Shown here: positions 53,205 through 63,017 of the stretch, piece after piece
How the letters are laid out: the number at the start of each line of letters is the position of its first letter
How positions within the stretch are numbered: position 1 is the stretch's first letter
Source: Nostoc sp.
GTDB taxonomy: Bacteria; Cyanobacteriota; Cyanobacteriia; Cyanobacteriales; Nostocaceae
Direction of reading: 5' to 3'
Length of the DNA: 64,000 nucleotides
Assembly (NCBI GenBank): GCA_036918135.1
Contig: JBALDB010000056.1
Coordinates: 192,001 to 256,000, forward strand
Translations under genes and position numbers: made by a program
The notes under the pieces: generated by a model
What the model was told of the DNA's origin: nothing
Seen by the model: only the letters and a program-made list of their open reading frames with translations
The model's database searches: none

Positions 53205-53650
53205 CTATTAACCAATTATCAAAACAAACAAAACGATGTCTGTGACGGGACACGCCTTTGCGTTTTGAACTCGACAATTGATGTTCAAAGGTGCAACTTC
53301 CGAGTTCAGAACTAGAATTGTGAGGGTTAAAGCCGCAATTTTGAGGATCAAAGGTGCAACTTCGAGGATAAAAGCCGCAATTTCGAGGAAAAAAGGTCAA
53401 GCGATCGCTCTTTTTACTCGACAATTCATGTTCACAGGTGCAACTTCAAAGATAAAAGCCGCAACTTCCAGGATCAAAGGTCAAACAGCCGCCCTTTTTA
53501 TTCGACAGTTCATGTTCATAGGTGCAACGTCAAGGATAAAGGCCCCAACTTCCAGGATCGAAGGTCAAACAGCCGCCCTTTTTACTCGGCAGTTCGTCTT
53601 CAAAGGTGCAAGCTTCGAGTTCAGAGGTGGAATGACCAGATTTTGAGGTG
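53205..53650. repeat. Repeat block A: degenerate 21-bp tandem array with 84-bp higher-order period
   Basis: Units like AAAGGTGCAACTTCGAGGATA; three 84-bp super-units from about 53392; 5' part homologous to 57938-58140. Confidence 0.8.
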
Positions 53651-53813
53651 GAGTTTAAAGAAGCACAAGGGGGTGATGTCTACGACGAGTTATGTTAATG
53701 CACATCGCCTTAATGCAATCATTGATACACGCTACATTATAAATTAGCTCAACTTCTCTGCTGCCTGTCCAAGCAGCAACTCGTCGTCAGGCATCGCCTC
53801 TGTAAAACCCCAA

Positions 53814-56800
53814 ATGACTAACGAAGAACTGCTGGAAATAATTGAAAAAGCCGTTAGAGACAAGGTGAGAAAATTAAACCTTTCTGACAAAGGCTTAACA
53901 ACACTGCCAGCAGAAATTGGACGACTTACCAACCTGCGCTCGCTCCACCTTGAAAACAATCAACTGAGCAGTTTGTCACCAGAAATAGTCCAACTCACCA
54001 ACTTGCGATCGCTCCACCTTGAAAACAATCAACTAAGCAGTTTGTCACCAGAAATAGTCCAACTCACCAACCTGCAAACCCTCAACGTCCGCAGGAATCA
54101 ACTCAGCAGGCTGCCACTGGAAATAGTCCAACTTACCAACCTGAGATCGCTCAACCTCAGCAGGAATCAACTGAGCAATCTACCATCTGAAATAGTCCAA
54201 CTTACCAACCTGAAAACGCTCAATCTCAGCAGGAATCAACTGAGCAGTCTACCATCTGAAATAGCCCAACTTACCAATCTGCGATCGCTATACGTCTGGG
54301 GTAATCAACTAAGTAGTCTGCCACCGAAATTTGTCCAACTCATAAACCTGCAAACGCTCTACCTCTGGAGTAATCAACTGAGCAGTCTGCCACTGGAAAT
54401 AGTCCAACTCACCAACCTGCGATCGCTCAACCTCAGCGACAATCAACTCAGCAGTCTGCCACCAGAATTTGTCCAACTCACTAAGCTGGAAACCCTCAAC
54501 CTCAGCAGTAATCAACTGAGCAGTTTGCCAGGGGAAATAGTCCAACTTGCCAACCTGCGATCGCTCAACCTCAGTGACAATCAACTCAGCAGTCTGCCAC
54601 CGGAAATTAGGCAACTAACAAACTTGAAAAAACTGGATCTGCGTGGAAATCCAATCCCCATTCCACCAGAGATTTTAGGATCGAAGAATTTATTTGAACA
54701 ACCTGGTGATGTGAATGAAATTCTGGATTTCTATTTCCGAGCGCAAGATCCAACCGAAACTGAACCATTCTATGAAGCAAAATTCTTGATTGTTGGCGAA
54801 GGAGGAGCCGGGAAAACCTCTTTAGCCAAGAAAATCAGCAATGAAACCTACGAACTCCAGCCAAAAGAAAAATCAACCGAAGGCATTGAAGTCATTCAGT
54901 GGCACTTCACACTGCCCAATGGCAAAGATTTTCGCGTCAACGTCTGGGACTTTGGTGGTCAATCAATCTACCACCAAACCCATCAGTTTTTCCTCAGCAA
55001 GCGTTCTCTCTATGCCTTAGTTGCCGATACTCGCAAAGAAAACACTGATTTTTACTGGTGGCTGAAGGTTGTCGAACTCTTAAGCGACAAAAGCCCAGTT
55101 TTCATCATCAAAAACGAAAAACAAGACCGTCAGTGCGAAATCGATGGGGGACAGTTACGAGGAGAATTTGACAACCTCAAGGAAATTCTCGCAACCAATT
55201 TAGCTGATAACCGCGGTTTGATAGAGATTAAAAAGGCTATCGAGTTATACATCAGCAATCTTGACCACGTTGGTATACCTCTACCAAAACTTTGGGTAAG
55301 AGTCAGAGCCGCCCTAGAGAACTATTCGAGAAATTACATTAGCGTTGAAGAATACTTTACCCTTTGCCGAATTAATAATTTAATAGACCGTAAAGATATG
55401 CTGCGCTTGAGCAACTATTTACACGACCTCGGCGTTTGCCTACACTTTCAAGAAGATTCTACACTCAAACACTACGTCATTCTCAAACCAGAATGGGGTA
55501 CAACTGCTGTCTACAAAGTTTTGGATAATCAAACTGTCAAGCAAAATCTTGGTTGTTTTACCAAAGACGATCTCAAAGATATTTGGCAAGAGAATGAATA
55601 TGCTGATATGCGAGATGAACTCTTGCAATTAATGATGCGGTTCAAGCTTTGCTACGAAATTCCTGGTCGTCGTGACATTTATATTGCCCCACAATTGCTT
55701 TCCATTGAAAAAGCTAATTATACCTGGGATAACACCAATAACCTCATCCTCCGCTACACTTATACATTTATGCCCAAAGGCATCCTCACCAGCTTTATTG
55801 TCGAAACACATCCTTGGATTGAACAGCAAAAACTCGTTTGGAAAAACGGTGTTGTTCTCAAGAAAGACCAAACTCGTGCAGAAGTCATTGAAAACTACAA
55901 TCAACGCGAAATTAAAATCTGTGTAGCCGGAAACCGCAAAAAAGAATTGATGGCAGTTATCACCCATGAACTTGAAAAAATCCACAACTCTTACGAACGT
56001 TTGCAATATCAAACCTTAGTTCCTTGTAACTGCGAAAAATGTGAAGGAAGCCAAACTCCTTATAGTTATCCTTTGAACGAACTGCGCGAGTTCCTAGATG
56101 ATGGTGCTTACCTGATTCAATGCAGGAAAAGCCGTCAAATGATAAATGTCCGCAGGTTAATCGATGATGTCATGTTCCAACCTTATAGACCAGATAAGGA
56201 ACTCAATCCCCAGGTTGCACAGTTGCAAAACGAACTGGAGCGAAAGCGAGATGAATCATTGACACATCGGCTACAAGATAGCAATCAAGAAGAAAAACTT
56301 ATCATGAATAGTCAATCAGCAATGGAATTCAAGAAGGAAATTTTCATCTCTTATGCTTGGGGTGGAGAAAGTGAGCAGTTTGTCAATAAACTGGATGAAG
56401 CTTTGCAAGCAAAAGGAATCAAAATCATCCGCGATAAACGCGATTTGGGCTACAAAGGACTAATCAAAGCCTTCATGGAACGGATTGGACGCGGGAAATG
56501 TGTTATTGCTGTAATTAATGACAAGTATTTAAAGTCGCCCAATTGCATGTTTGAGTTAGTCCAAATTGCTAAAAATGGTAAATTTTATGATCGAATTTTC
56601 CCGATTGTTTTAGCGGATGCCCAAATTTATAAACCTATTGCCAGACTTAAATATATTAAGCATTGGGAAGACGAAATTAAAGAATTAGATGAAGGTATGA
56701 AAGGAGTTTCTGCAGCTAACTTACAGGGATTTCGTGAAGAAATTGACCAATACACCGAGATTCGCAACACGCTTGCCGAACTCACCAACTTGCTCAAAGA

Positions 56801-56885
56801 CATGAACACGCTGACTGCTGATATTCACAGCGAATCAGGCTTTGAGCAATTGTTAAAGGCGATCGCACAGCGTTTAGATGAATAA
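53814..56885 (+). CDS. Roco protein: LRR-Roc GTPase-COR-TIR
   Basis: About 11-12 23-aa LRRs, GEGGAGKTS P-loop, STEGI switch I, WDFGGQ, COR (YLHDLG, LKPEW), CNCEKC..CRKS cluster, C-terminal TIR IFISYAW..CMFEL. Confidence 0.92.
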   Translation: MTNEELLEIIEKAVRDKVRKLNLSDKGLTTLPAEIGRLTNLRSLHLENNQLSSLSPEIVQLTNLRSLHLENNQLSSLSPEIVQLTNLQTLNVRRNQLSRLPLEIVQLTNLRSLNLSRNQLSNLPSEIVQLTNLKTLNLSRNQLSSLPSEIAQLTNLRSLYVWGNQLSSLPPKFVQLINLQTLYLWSNQLSSLPLEIVQLTNLRSLNLSDNQLSSLPPEFVQLTKLETLNLSSNQLSSLPGEIVQLANLRSLNLSDNQLSSLPPEIRQLTNLKKLDLRGNPIPIPPEILGSKNLFEQPGDVNEILDFYFRAQDPTETEPFYEAKFLIVGEGGAGKTSLAKKISNETYELQPKEKSTEGIEVIQWHFTLPNGKDFRVNVWDFGGQSIYHQTHQFFLSKRSLYALVADTRKENTDFYWWLKVVELLSDKSPVFIIKNEKQDRQCEIDGGQLRGEFDNLKEILATNLADNRGLIEIKKAIELYISNLDHVGIPLPKLWVRVRAALENYSRNYISVEEYFTLCRINNLIDRKDMLRLSNYLHDLGVCLHFQEDSTLKHYVILKPEWGTTAVYKVLDNQTVKQNLGCFTKDDLKDIWQENEYADMRDELLQLMMRFKLCYEIPGRRDIYIAPQLLSIEKANYTWDNTNNLILRYTYTFMPKGILTSFIVETHPWIEQQKLVWKNGVVLKKDQTRAEVIENYNQREIKICVAGNRKKELMAVITHELEKIHNSYERLQYQTLVPCNCEKCEGSQTPYSYPLNELREFLDDGAYLIQCRKSRQMINVRRLIDDVMFQPYRPDKELNPQVAQLQNELERKRDESLTHRLQDSNQEEKLIMNSQSAMEFKKEIFISYAWGGESEQFVNKLDEALQAKGIKIIRDKRDLGYKGLIKAFMERIGRGKCVIAVINDKYLKSPNCMFELVQIAKNGKFYDRIFPIVLADAQIYKPIARLKYIKHWEDEIKELDEGMKGVSAANLQGFREEIDQYTEIRNTLAELTNLLKDMNTLTADIHSESGFEQLLKAIAQRLDE

Positions 56886-56964
56886 AAATAACTTATTGAT
56901 TAGGCTTAGAGGTTGAGTAGTGTCTCCAACGGGCTGGACTTACTGGTAGTGCTAATCCAGACAA

Positions 56965-57708
56965 CTACAAAAGCTTTTGCTCGATTTCTTCAAGCTGCAA
57001 ATCTAATCTATTCTGTTCTGTTTGGTTTTCCTGAATTTGCGCTTCTAGCTTGAATTTTATAGTGACATCCGTTTCAATGGCGTATGCTTGGCGCAGCAGT
57101 CCCAATTTTTTGCTCACAAGGTCATACTGTTCTTGGACTGAATTCCGTTCTTGCTCCAATCTCCGATGCTGGCGTTCAGTTAATCCCCCACTTGTTCTAG
57201 AAGGGCTGGAAGTTGTAAGTGTAGTATTTTGAGAAACAGTTGAGGAAGAAGTTTTTGATTTTGCCATTTCTTCAACTACCCTGCGAATTCCTTGAGTGAC
57301 ATTTAAAAAAGCCTCATCTTGATCTGGCCAGGTGGTGACAGGTTTAGCATTTTTGGGGAGTGCTTGCAGTTTACCAAAAGGCGCACCATTCCAGTCTGTC
57401 GGCTTCAGAATAATGGGAATTACACGAGCTTCTCGCGTTTCGTGTCGCTCCATTGCTCGTGTCATTTCTTTGTCGTAGCAGTAATCCGAAGCTAGAAAGT
57501 TAGCACTCACCAGCAGCAGAATGATATCTGCAACTTCAAGATTGTCATCGATCGCATTTGCCCATTCACTACCAGCACTGATTTCGCGATCGTGCCAAGC
57601 TTCAATAATCCCTTGACGTTTCATCATGCTCAGATGAGTTGCCAATTCGTCACGTAACGCTTCATCTTTGTGGGAATAGGAAAAAAATACTTTAACTGGA
57701 TTAGACAT
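56965..57708 (-). CDS. TIR-domain protein with C-terminal two-helix coiled-coil (EAD9-like)
   Basis: VFFSYSHKDE, WHDREI, LLVSANFLASDYCYDKEM, VIPIILKP; Ser/Thr linker; LEQE..YDLVSKKL..AIETDVTIKFKLEAQIQE. Confidence 0.85.
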   Translation of the reverse strand: MSNPVKVFFSYSHKDEALRDELATHLSMMKRQGIIEAWHDREISAGSEWANAIDDNLEVADIILLLVSANFLASDYCYDKEMTRAMERHETREARVIPIILKPTDWNGAPFGKLQALPKNAKPVTTWPDQDEAFLNVTQGIRRVVEEMAKSKTSSSTVSQNTTLTTSSPSRTSGGLTERQHRRLEQERNSVQEQYDLVSKKLGLLRQAYAIETDVTIKFKLEAQIQENQTEQNRLDLQLEEIEQKLL

Positions 57709-57798
57709 ATTATTGAATTTACTTGTTTAAATAGCTGTATAAGAGTATATAAGTAAATTTTCCCAACTAATTGCCAAAATCGAGAGTATTTATTTATC

Positions 57799-57966
57799 CT
57801 ACTGTAATGAAACCGTAGCTTGTTGCTGAGATAAATCCATAAAATTCGCCAGCTTGTAAACAAGGCGCGCATCTAACTTGCCATCTTACTGATGATTGCT
57901 GAATTTACAAATATCAAAGCTGATGATTTAGCGATCGTAATTGACCAATTCTCAAAACAAACAAAA
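57799..57966 (-). pseudogene. Degenerate duplicate of the agmatinase 3' end
   Basis: 57826-57966 aligns with 58718-58858; translates ARLVYKLANFMDLSQQQATVSLQ* versus ARVVYKLANLMDLSQENSGVRI* in the intact gene. Confidence 0.85.
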
Positions 57967-58019
57967 CGATGTCTTCGATGGGACACGCCTTTAGGTTTTG
58001 AAGTCAAACATTCACCCTT

Positions 58020-58400
58020 TTAACTCGACAATTGATGTTCTAAAGTACAATCTTCGAGTTCAGAAGTGAAATGGTGAAGCTTAAAAGCGCAACTTCGAGG
58101 ATTAAAGGCGCAAGTGCAAGGGTTAAAGGCGCAACTTCGAGGATTAAAGGCGCAAGTGCGAGGATTAAAGGTGCAACTTCGAGGCTTAAAGGCGCAAGTA
58201 CGAGGATTAAAGGTGCAAGCACGAGGCTTAAAGGTGCAACTTCGAGGCTTAAAGGCGCAACTTCGAGGCTTAAAGGTGCAAGCACGAGGCTTAAAGGTGC
58301 AAGTGCGAGGCTTAAAGGTCAAACGATACCTACGATAGGCTGTGCTAACGCCTTTTTAACTCCACAATTCGAGTTCCAAAGTACAACTTCCAAGTTCTAA
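58020..58400. repeat. Repeat block B: 21-bp tandem array
   Basis: Eleven contiguous units AAAGGYGCAA(CTT/GTG/GCA/GTA)CGAGG(A/C)TT at 58083-58313, with degenerate flanks. Confidence 0.9.
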
Positions 58401-58470
58401 ACTTGAGAGTTCGCGTTCTAATACCAATTTGAAAAAAGAATAATATGATGTCCAGCGAATCACCCTTAAT

Positions 58471-58573
58471 ATGTCATTGCGAGTGGAACGAAGTGAAACA
58501 AAGCAATCGCAAGGTTTTTGAGATTGCTTCCCTACCCTGCGGGAACGCTAAGAGCGAACGGTTGCAATGACAT
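58471..58573. repeat. REP/MITE-like palindromic element
   Basis: ATGTCATTGC...GCAATGACAT ends with internal AAGCAATC/GATTGCTT stem; related partial copies at about 4616-4735 and 61035-61072. Confidence 0.6.
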
Positions 58574-58693
58574 CAGAATAGTTGGAGGTAGGTGATTATA
58601 ACTTGTCACCAAAAAGATTATAAAAGCGCATAATGCACCATGCTATCTGGTGGTGCGTTAGGCTTTAGCCTAACGTACCCTACTAAAGATTTA

Positions 58694-59749
58694 CTAAATT
58701 CTGACTCCTGAATTCTCCTGAGATAAATCCATCAAATTCGCCAGCTTATAAACAACCCGCGCCCCAACATTACCATCCCACTCACTATCACCAACTTCAC
58801 AAATATCAAAGCCAATAATTTTTCTGCCACTATTTACCAATTCCCGGAACAGACAAAATGCTTGTTCTAATTCCAATCCACCTGGAACAGGAGTACCTGT
58901 ACTCGAACAAAGTTTTGGATCTAAACCATCAGCATCAAAGCTAATATAAACATACTCAGGTAAATGATTGATAATTTCTCGACATAAATCAATCCAAGTT
59001 GTCCCCGAGTAAAGCTTTCGTTTAATAGCAGGATCGTAATAAGCAATAATGCGACTATTAGATTGGTTAATTATCTGCACTTCATCATGAGAAATATCTC
59101 GCAAAGCAACTTGCACTAACTTGGAAATTTGCGGTATTTTCATGGCATTAAACATAATCGACGCATGAGAAAATTCAAATCCCTCATAGGCGTCGCGTAA
59201 ATCTGCATGTGCGTCAATGTGCAAAATTCCATAATTTGGGTAGTGAGTCGCTAATGCTTGGAAATAACCTAACGGCGAACTATGATCTCCTCCAATGACT
59301 GCGACTCGTTTACCATTGTTAATTGCTTGCTGACAATTCTCAAACAGCCATTGATTAACTTGTTGACAAGCCTGATTGATTTCTGTTAGTACAGGTGTTA
59401 AATCTGGTGTATCTGAGAGTTTTTTACCTTGGGCTAGTCGTTCGATAATTTTTGCTGCTAAGCTGCGATAGTATTTATTCTTTTCTAAAATATCCTGGGA
59501 AATTTCGGCCATAAAAATTCCCTGCTTCCAGCCATCGGGATGATCGAAATCGAACAAATCTAATTGCGTTGAAGCATCCAGAATCCTCTGTGGCCCGTTA
59601 GCTGTACCTGCACCATAGGAAACAGTCACTTCCCACGGAACACCAAAGACAATCAAGTTTGCAGACTCGTAATCGAATGGTAAACCTAAAAGGTTGCCAT
59701 TTATTTCACCTACGCTGCTGGGATTGTAGTCTTGTAGTTGATTACTCAT
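58694..59749 (-). CDS. speB: Agmatinase / arginase-family ureohydrolase
   Basis: GGDHS, HIDAHADL, SFDADGLDP..TGTPVPGG, GFDICEV. Confidence 0.9.
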   Translation of the reverse strand: MSNQLQDYNPSSVGEINGNLLGLPFDYESANLIVFGVPWEVTVSYGAGTANGPQRILDASTQLDLFDFDHPDGWKQGIFMAEISQDILEKNKYYRSLAAKIIERLAQGKKLSDTPDLTPVLTEINQACQQVNQWLFENCQQAINNGKRVAVIGGDHSSPLGYFQALATHYPNYGILHIDAHADLRDAYEGFEFSHASIMFNAMKIPQISKLVQVALRDISHDEVQIINQSNSRIIAYYDPAIKRKLYSGTTWIDLCREIINHLPEYVYISFDADGLDPKLCSSTGTPVPGGLELEQAFCLFRELVNSGRKIIGFDICEVGDSEWDGNVGARVVYKLANLMDLSQENSGVRI

Positions 59750-60240
59750 CGATTATTTACTGAATTTAGTAGACAGCAGGCCGCCTAGTAGACATCTGCA
59801 TTGTAATCAAAAATTTTCATGAGCGTTAAACTACATATAGCAGGAGGCAGGGGGCAGGAGGTAAAAACATTACTCTTCCTGACATTCACGCTTGTTATAA
59901 TGTCCTAACCTATATGACTACGGCTATACCTTATAAATAAATGATGTTCTATTGCACACACTCCGATTAAGGATAGCGACAAGTCTATTTTTGCCGCAAC
60001 GCAGCAAAATTAATTGCAAATTTTTTAAAACTCTCTTACTAAAGGAAATAATACTAAGTACGCTGGGCGATCGCTCACATAAAAGTGTTGAATAAGTTTT
60101 GTAGAGTGTATTATTGCGCTCGCTTACGCACAAAAATATCAGATCGTAGGTTAGGACTAATGCCAATAACACACCTTATATCTTAAAAGAATTGATAGCT
60201 ACACCTCCGTAGCTCACAAAGGTGGAGTAGTTAAACTTTC

Positions 60241-60678
60241 TTAAATATAATACATCAGTTCCTTCTGTTGGCGGATTGCTCTCCGGTCACAAAGGTCTTG
60301 GAGTGTATATTTTTCTAATACGGAGTTAGCAGCTTGACGTGCTTCCTGCCACACTTCTTGAATTAGCTCACCTTCTACCGTGCTGGGAGGTGGTTCACAA
60401 GTAGAAACAGCAACATCTGACCCTTCCATACAGGTAAAAGCATCCAGTACTGTGATTGCCTTGGGGTCTCGTGCCAAAACATAGCCGCCTTTGGCTCCGC
60501 GTATACTTTTAATTAAACCTCCACGCCTTAATGTTGCCAGGAGTTGTTCTAAATAGCGGTTTGGTATGTCTTGTAATGCTGCTATTTCTCGAATTTGTAG
60601 GGCGTCACCGTTAGGGTAGCAAGTTGCTAACTCTAACAGGGCTAGAAGGGCGTATTCTGATTTGTTAGAGATTACCAC
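60241..60678 (-). CDS. Rrf2-family transcriptional regulator (CymR-like)
   Basis: KSEYALLAL, YLEQLLATL..SIRGAKGGYVL, LMYYI C-terminus; lacks the IscR three-Cys cluster. Confidence 0.88.
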   Translation of the reverse strand: MVISNKSEYALLALLELATCYPNGDALQIREIAALQDIPNRYLEQLLATLRRGGLIKSIRGAKGGYVLARDPKAITVLDAFTCMEGSDVAVSTCEPPPSTVEGELIQEVWQEARQAANSVLEKYTLQDLCDRRAIRQQKELMYYI

Positions 60679-61101
60679 AGGCGTAATATTTTAAAGTCAC
60701 ACCTAAATATACAAAGTCATTGGATCTATTTCCCTAAGCTATTGCGAAGAAAAACTTGACAATTAACTCATTGTTTACCGGCTTACTCTAGTTTAAATAC
60801 TTTGAACAATAAAAACAATTACTTTTTTTTTTCAAGTTAATAAATCAAAATGATTAATGAGTTGACAGTATTCCTAACTGTCTCAACAAACACAAGGAGT
60901 GGAGGAAGAAAGATGCTTATTTGATTCATAGCGAGAAGTGTACGGTCTGTACGGCTGCTCTGGAGAAAAGGGAGTGGGGGAAATCAACAAAGAGGGTATT
61001 TCCTTGATTCTTCATACGTAGTTTAGATTTGCTAAGATTGCTTCCTTGCGATCTGCTTTAGTTGCAATGACACAATACTATCTTTAACAGTGAATTCAGT
61101 A

Positions 61102-61725
61102 TCAATAAATACTTCGCCAAGCTTTCACCGTCTGTTTACCAATTTCGCTATCAACGGTTTGGCCTCCTTCTAATACTAGTCTGATGTCTAAATTCTCATC
61201 TGGAGCATTTTTCAAAGCAGTGGCTAACTCTTTATTGACAGCAAACGTGCCGGTTGAACTGTCTAATTGAAAAACTTGTCCTCTGACCTTGAGCAAGAGT
61301 TTATCTACTTTTTTAGTAGTGACAAACCTCACATAATCAGGTCTAGGATAATATATATTACCTGCGGTGTAAAACGAAGAACTTGCTCGGTCGTAATTTA
61401 CTGTTACAAGTAGTCGAATGCTGGAAGGAGTCCACAAACTAATAACTTGCTTTGAGCCACTACGGTATAAATAACCACCTAAATAATTGCGATCGAAAAC
61501 CCCAAATAACTCCCCTTCAAAAGGGTCAACGATTTTCACGGGTTTTGACCAAGGTACATTCATATCAGGAGACAGTCCTGCTGATTTGACCACTTGCAAA
61601 TTAGTTGATGCTTGGGCAAGACTAGGTAGCTTTTGAACACTGGAAGCAGTGCAAACTCGAGGGGAAAGCACAGCCAAGCTCGCCGCTAAAAGAAGAACTG
61701 GAATTGTCCGTGGTAAGTCGCTCAT
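61102..61725 (-). CDS. Hypothetical secreted protein
   Basis: Signal peptide; PWSKPVKIVDPFEG..FDRN..IGKQTVKAW. Confidence 0.7.
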   Translation of the reverse strand: MSDLPRTIPVLLLAASLAVLSPRVCTASSVQKLPSLAQASTNLQVVKSAGLSPDMNVPWSKPVKIVDPFEGELFGVFDRNYLGGYLYRSGSKQVISLWTPSSIRLLVTVNYDRASSSFYTAGNIYYPRPDYVRFVTTKKVDKLLLKVRGQVFQLDSSTGTFAVNKELATALKNAPDENLDIRLVLEGGQTVDSEIGKQTVKAWRSIY

Positions 61726-62069
61726 GAGCCTGGGGTGGAATCTTCAAAGACAATAATTTAGACAGCTTTTATTTAGTTATCCTCACCAATACTTTTTTCT
61801 AATACACCGTATACGTAAACAAACCACCGATTTCAGATCAATGAAACGCTTGCGGTATAGTAATTACGAATTACAAATTACAAATTACGCCAAGCAGTAC
61901 TAGAACCTTTGACAATCGAGTAAATCCTTCGTGTCTGAGAAGATGTCTTTTGACACTTCAACGTCGGAATACTCATCTACGCAATATAGAAAGCTGCTAC
62001 AACTATTCTAGCTTGTGAATATTCATACAACTGGCAGAATTGTTCTAAATTAATAATTTTGAATTATCT

Positions 62070-63017
62070 TTATTTTTGATACATCGATAAAAGCAGACAT
62101 TCCCAAACTAACCGTGGTTGAGCATAAGTAAGTAAATATTTACGAGCTTGTTCTAGCTGCTCGATTGTTTTAGATTGATGCCACTGCTGCCAGTAGAATT
62201 GCTGAAGATAATCAACTAACCACAGTTGTGCTTCTGTATCTAAATCTTTATCGATTTTTTTGGCTAACTCTAAAGCGTTGCGATAAGATTTAGGCGCGAG
62301 TTTCAAGTCTGCGAGTAATTCAGGGGGAATAGCTTGTAGTTGCTCAAAACAAGCGATCGCCTTTCCCACACTGCCAGCTGCTATGCTCAATACTGCTTGA
62401 TATTCCAAAATTTCCTCATGACCTGTTTGCTTAAGTACAACAGCCAAAGACTGTGCATCTAGGCGATAAAAAGGAATGCGTTGACAGCGTGACACCAAGG
62501 TTGGTATCACAGACTCAACTGTAGGTGCAATTAAAATTAATGTCGCTTGTCCTGGTTCTTCTAAAGTTTTCAGTAAAGCATTCGCTGCTGCTTCTGCCAT
62601 TGTTTGAGCTTCCTCCAGTACTACCACATTCCTTGGCGCTTCTAAAGGCGGACGACTGAGAAATTCAGTAATTTCCCGAATTTGCTCTAATCGAATTACT
62701 GGTGGTGTCTTACGTTTGAGTCCTTTTTCAGTGGCTTCTGCTGCTGTGAATCGTTGTCCCTGGTGTTGATAAGTTGGTTGCACCCACAATAAAGCTGGGT
62801 GATTACCTTGAAGCAAACGGTTCTGTAAAGATACACTGGCTTGCATTTCACTAGAGAATAGCAATTCTACAAAGCACCTAGCTGCTAAACTCCTTCCTAC
62901 ACCATCTGGGCCGACGAATAAATAAGCTGGAGGAACGCGGTTTTGTTTGACAGCTTGAGTGAGTAACTCTATAGCTTGTTGTTGTCCTACAAGTGGTGTA
63001 AATGGATCGTTGGGCAT
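62070..63017 (-). CDS. holB: DNA polymerase III subunit delta'
   Basis: AYLFVGPDGVGR, AANALLKTLEEP, TLVSRCQ. Confidence 0.92.
   Translation of the reverse strand: MPNDPFTPLVGQQQAIELLTQAVKQNRVPPAYLFVGPDGVGRSLAARCFVELLFSSEMQASVSLQNRLLQGNHPALLWVQPTYQHQGQRFTAAEATEKGLKRKTPPVIRLEQIREITEFLSRPPLEAPRNVVVLEEAQTMAEAAANALLKTLEEPGQATLILIAPTVESVIPTLVSRCQRIPFYRLDAQSLAVVLKQTGHEEILEYQAVLSIAAGSVGKAIACFEQLQAIPPELLADLKLAPKSYRNALELAKKIDKDLDTEAQLWLVDYLQQFYWQQWHQSKTIEQLEQARKYLLTYAQPRLVWECLLLSMYQK

Noticed and set aside
53392..53620. Possible CRISPR array with 84-bp period
   Set aside because: The whole period is repeated, so there are no unique spacers
54309..56809. Short ORFs antisense to or overlapping the Roco gene
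   Set aside because: Shadows of the LRR periodicity and coding bias
58083..58313. Possible CRISPR array
   Set aside because: Units are contiguous with no unique spacers, and no cas genes are present
57799..58860. Diversity-generating retroelement TR/VR pair (speB end and its copy)
   Set aside because: Mismatches are not confined to adenines, and no reverse transcriptase is in the window
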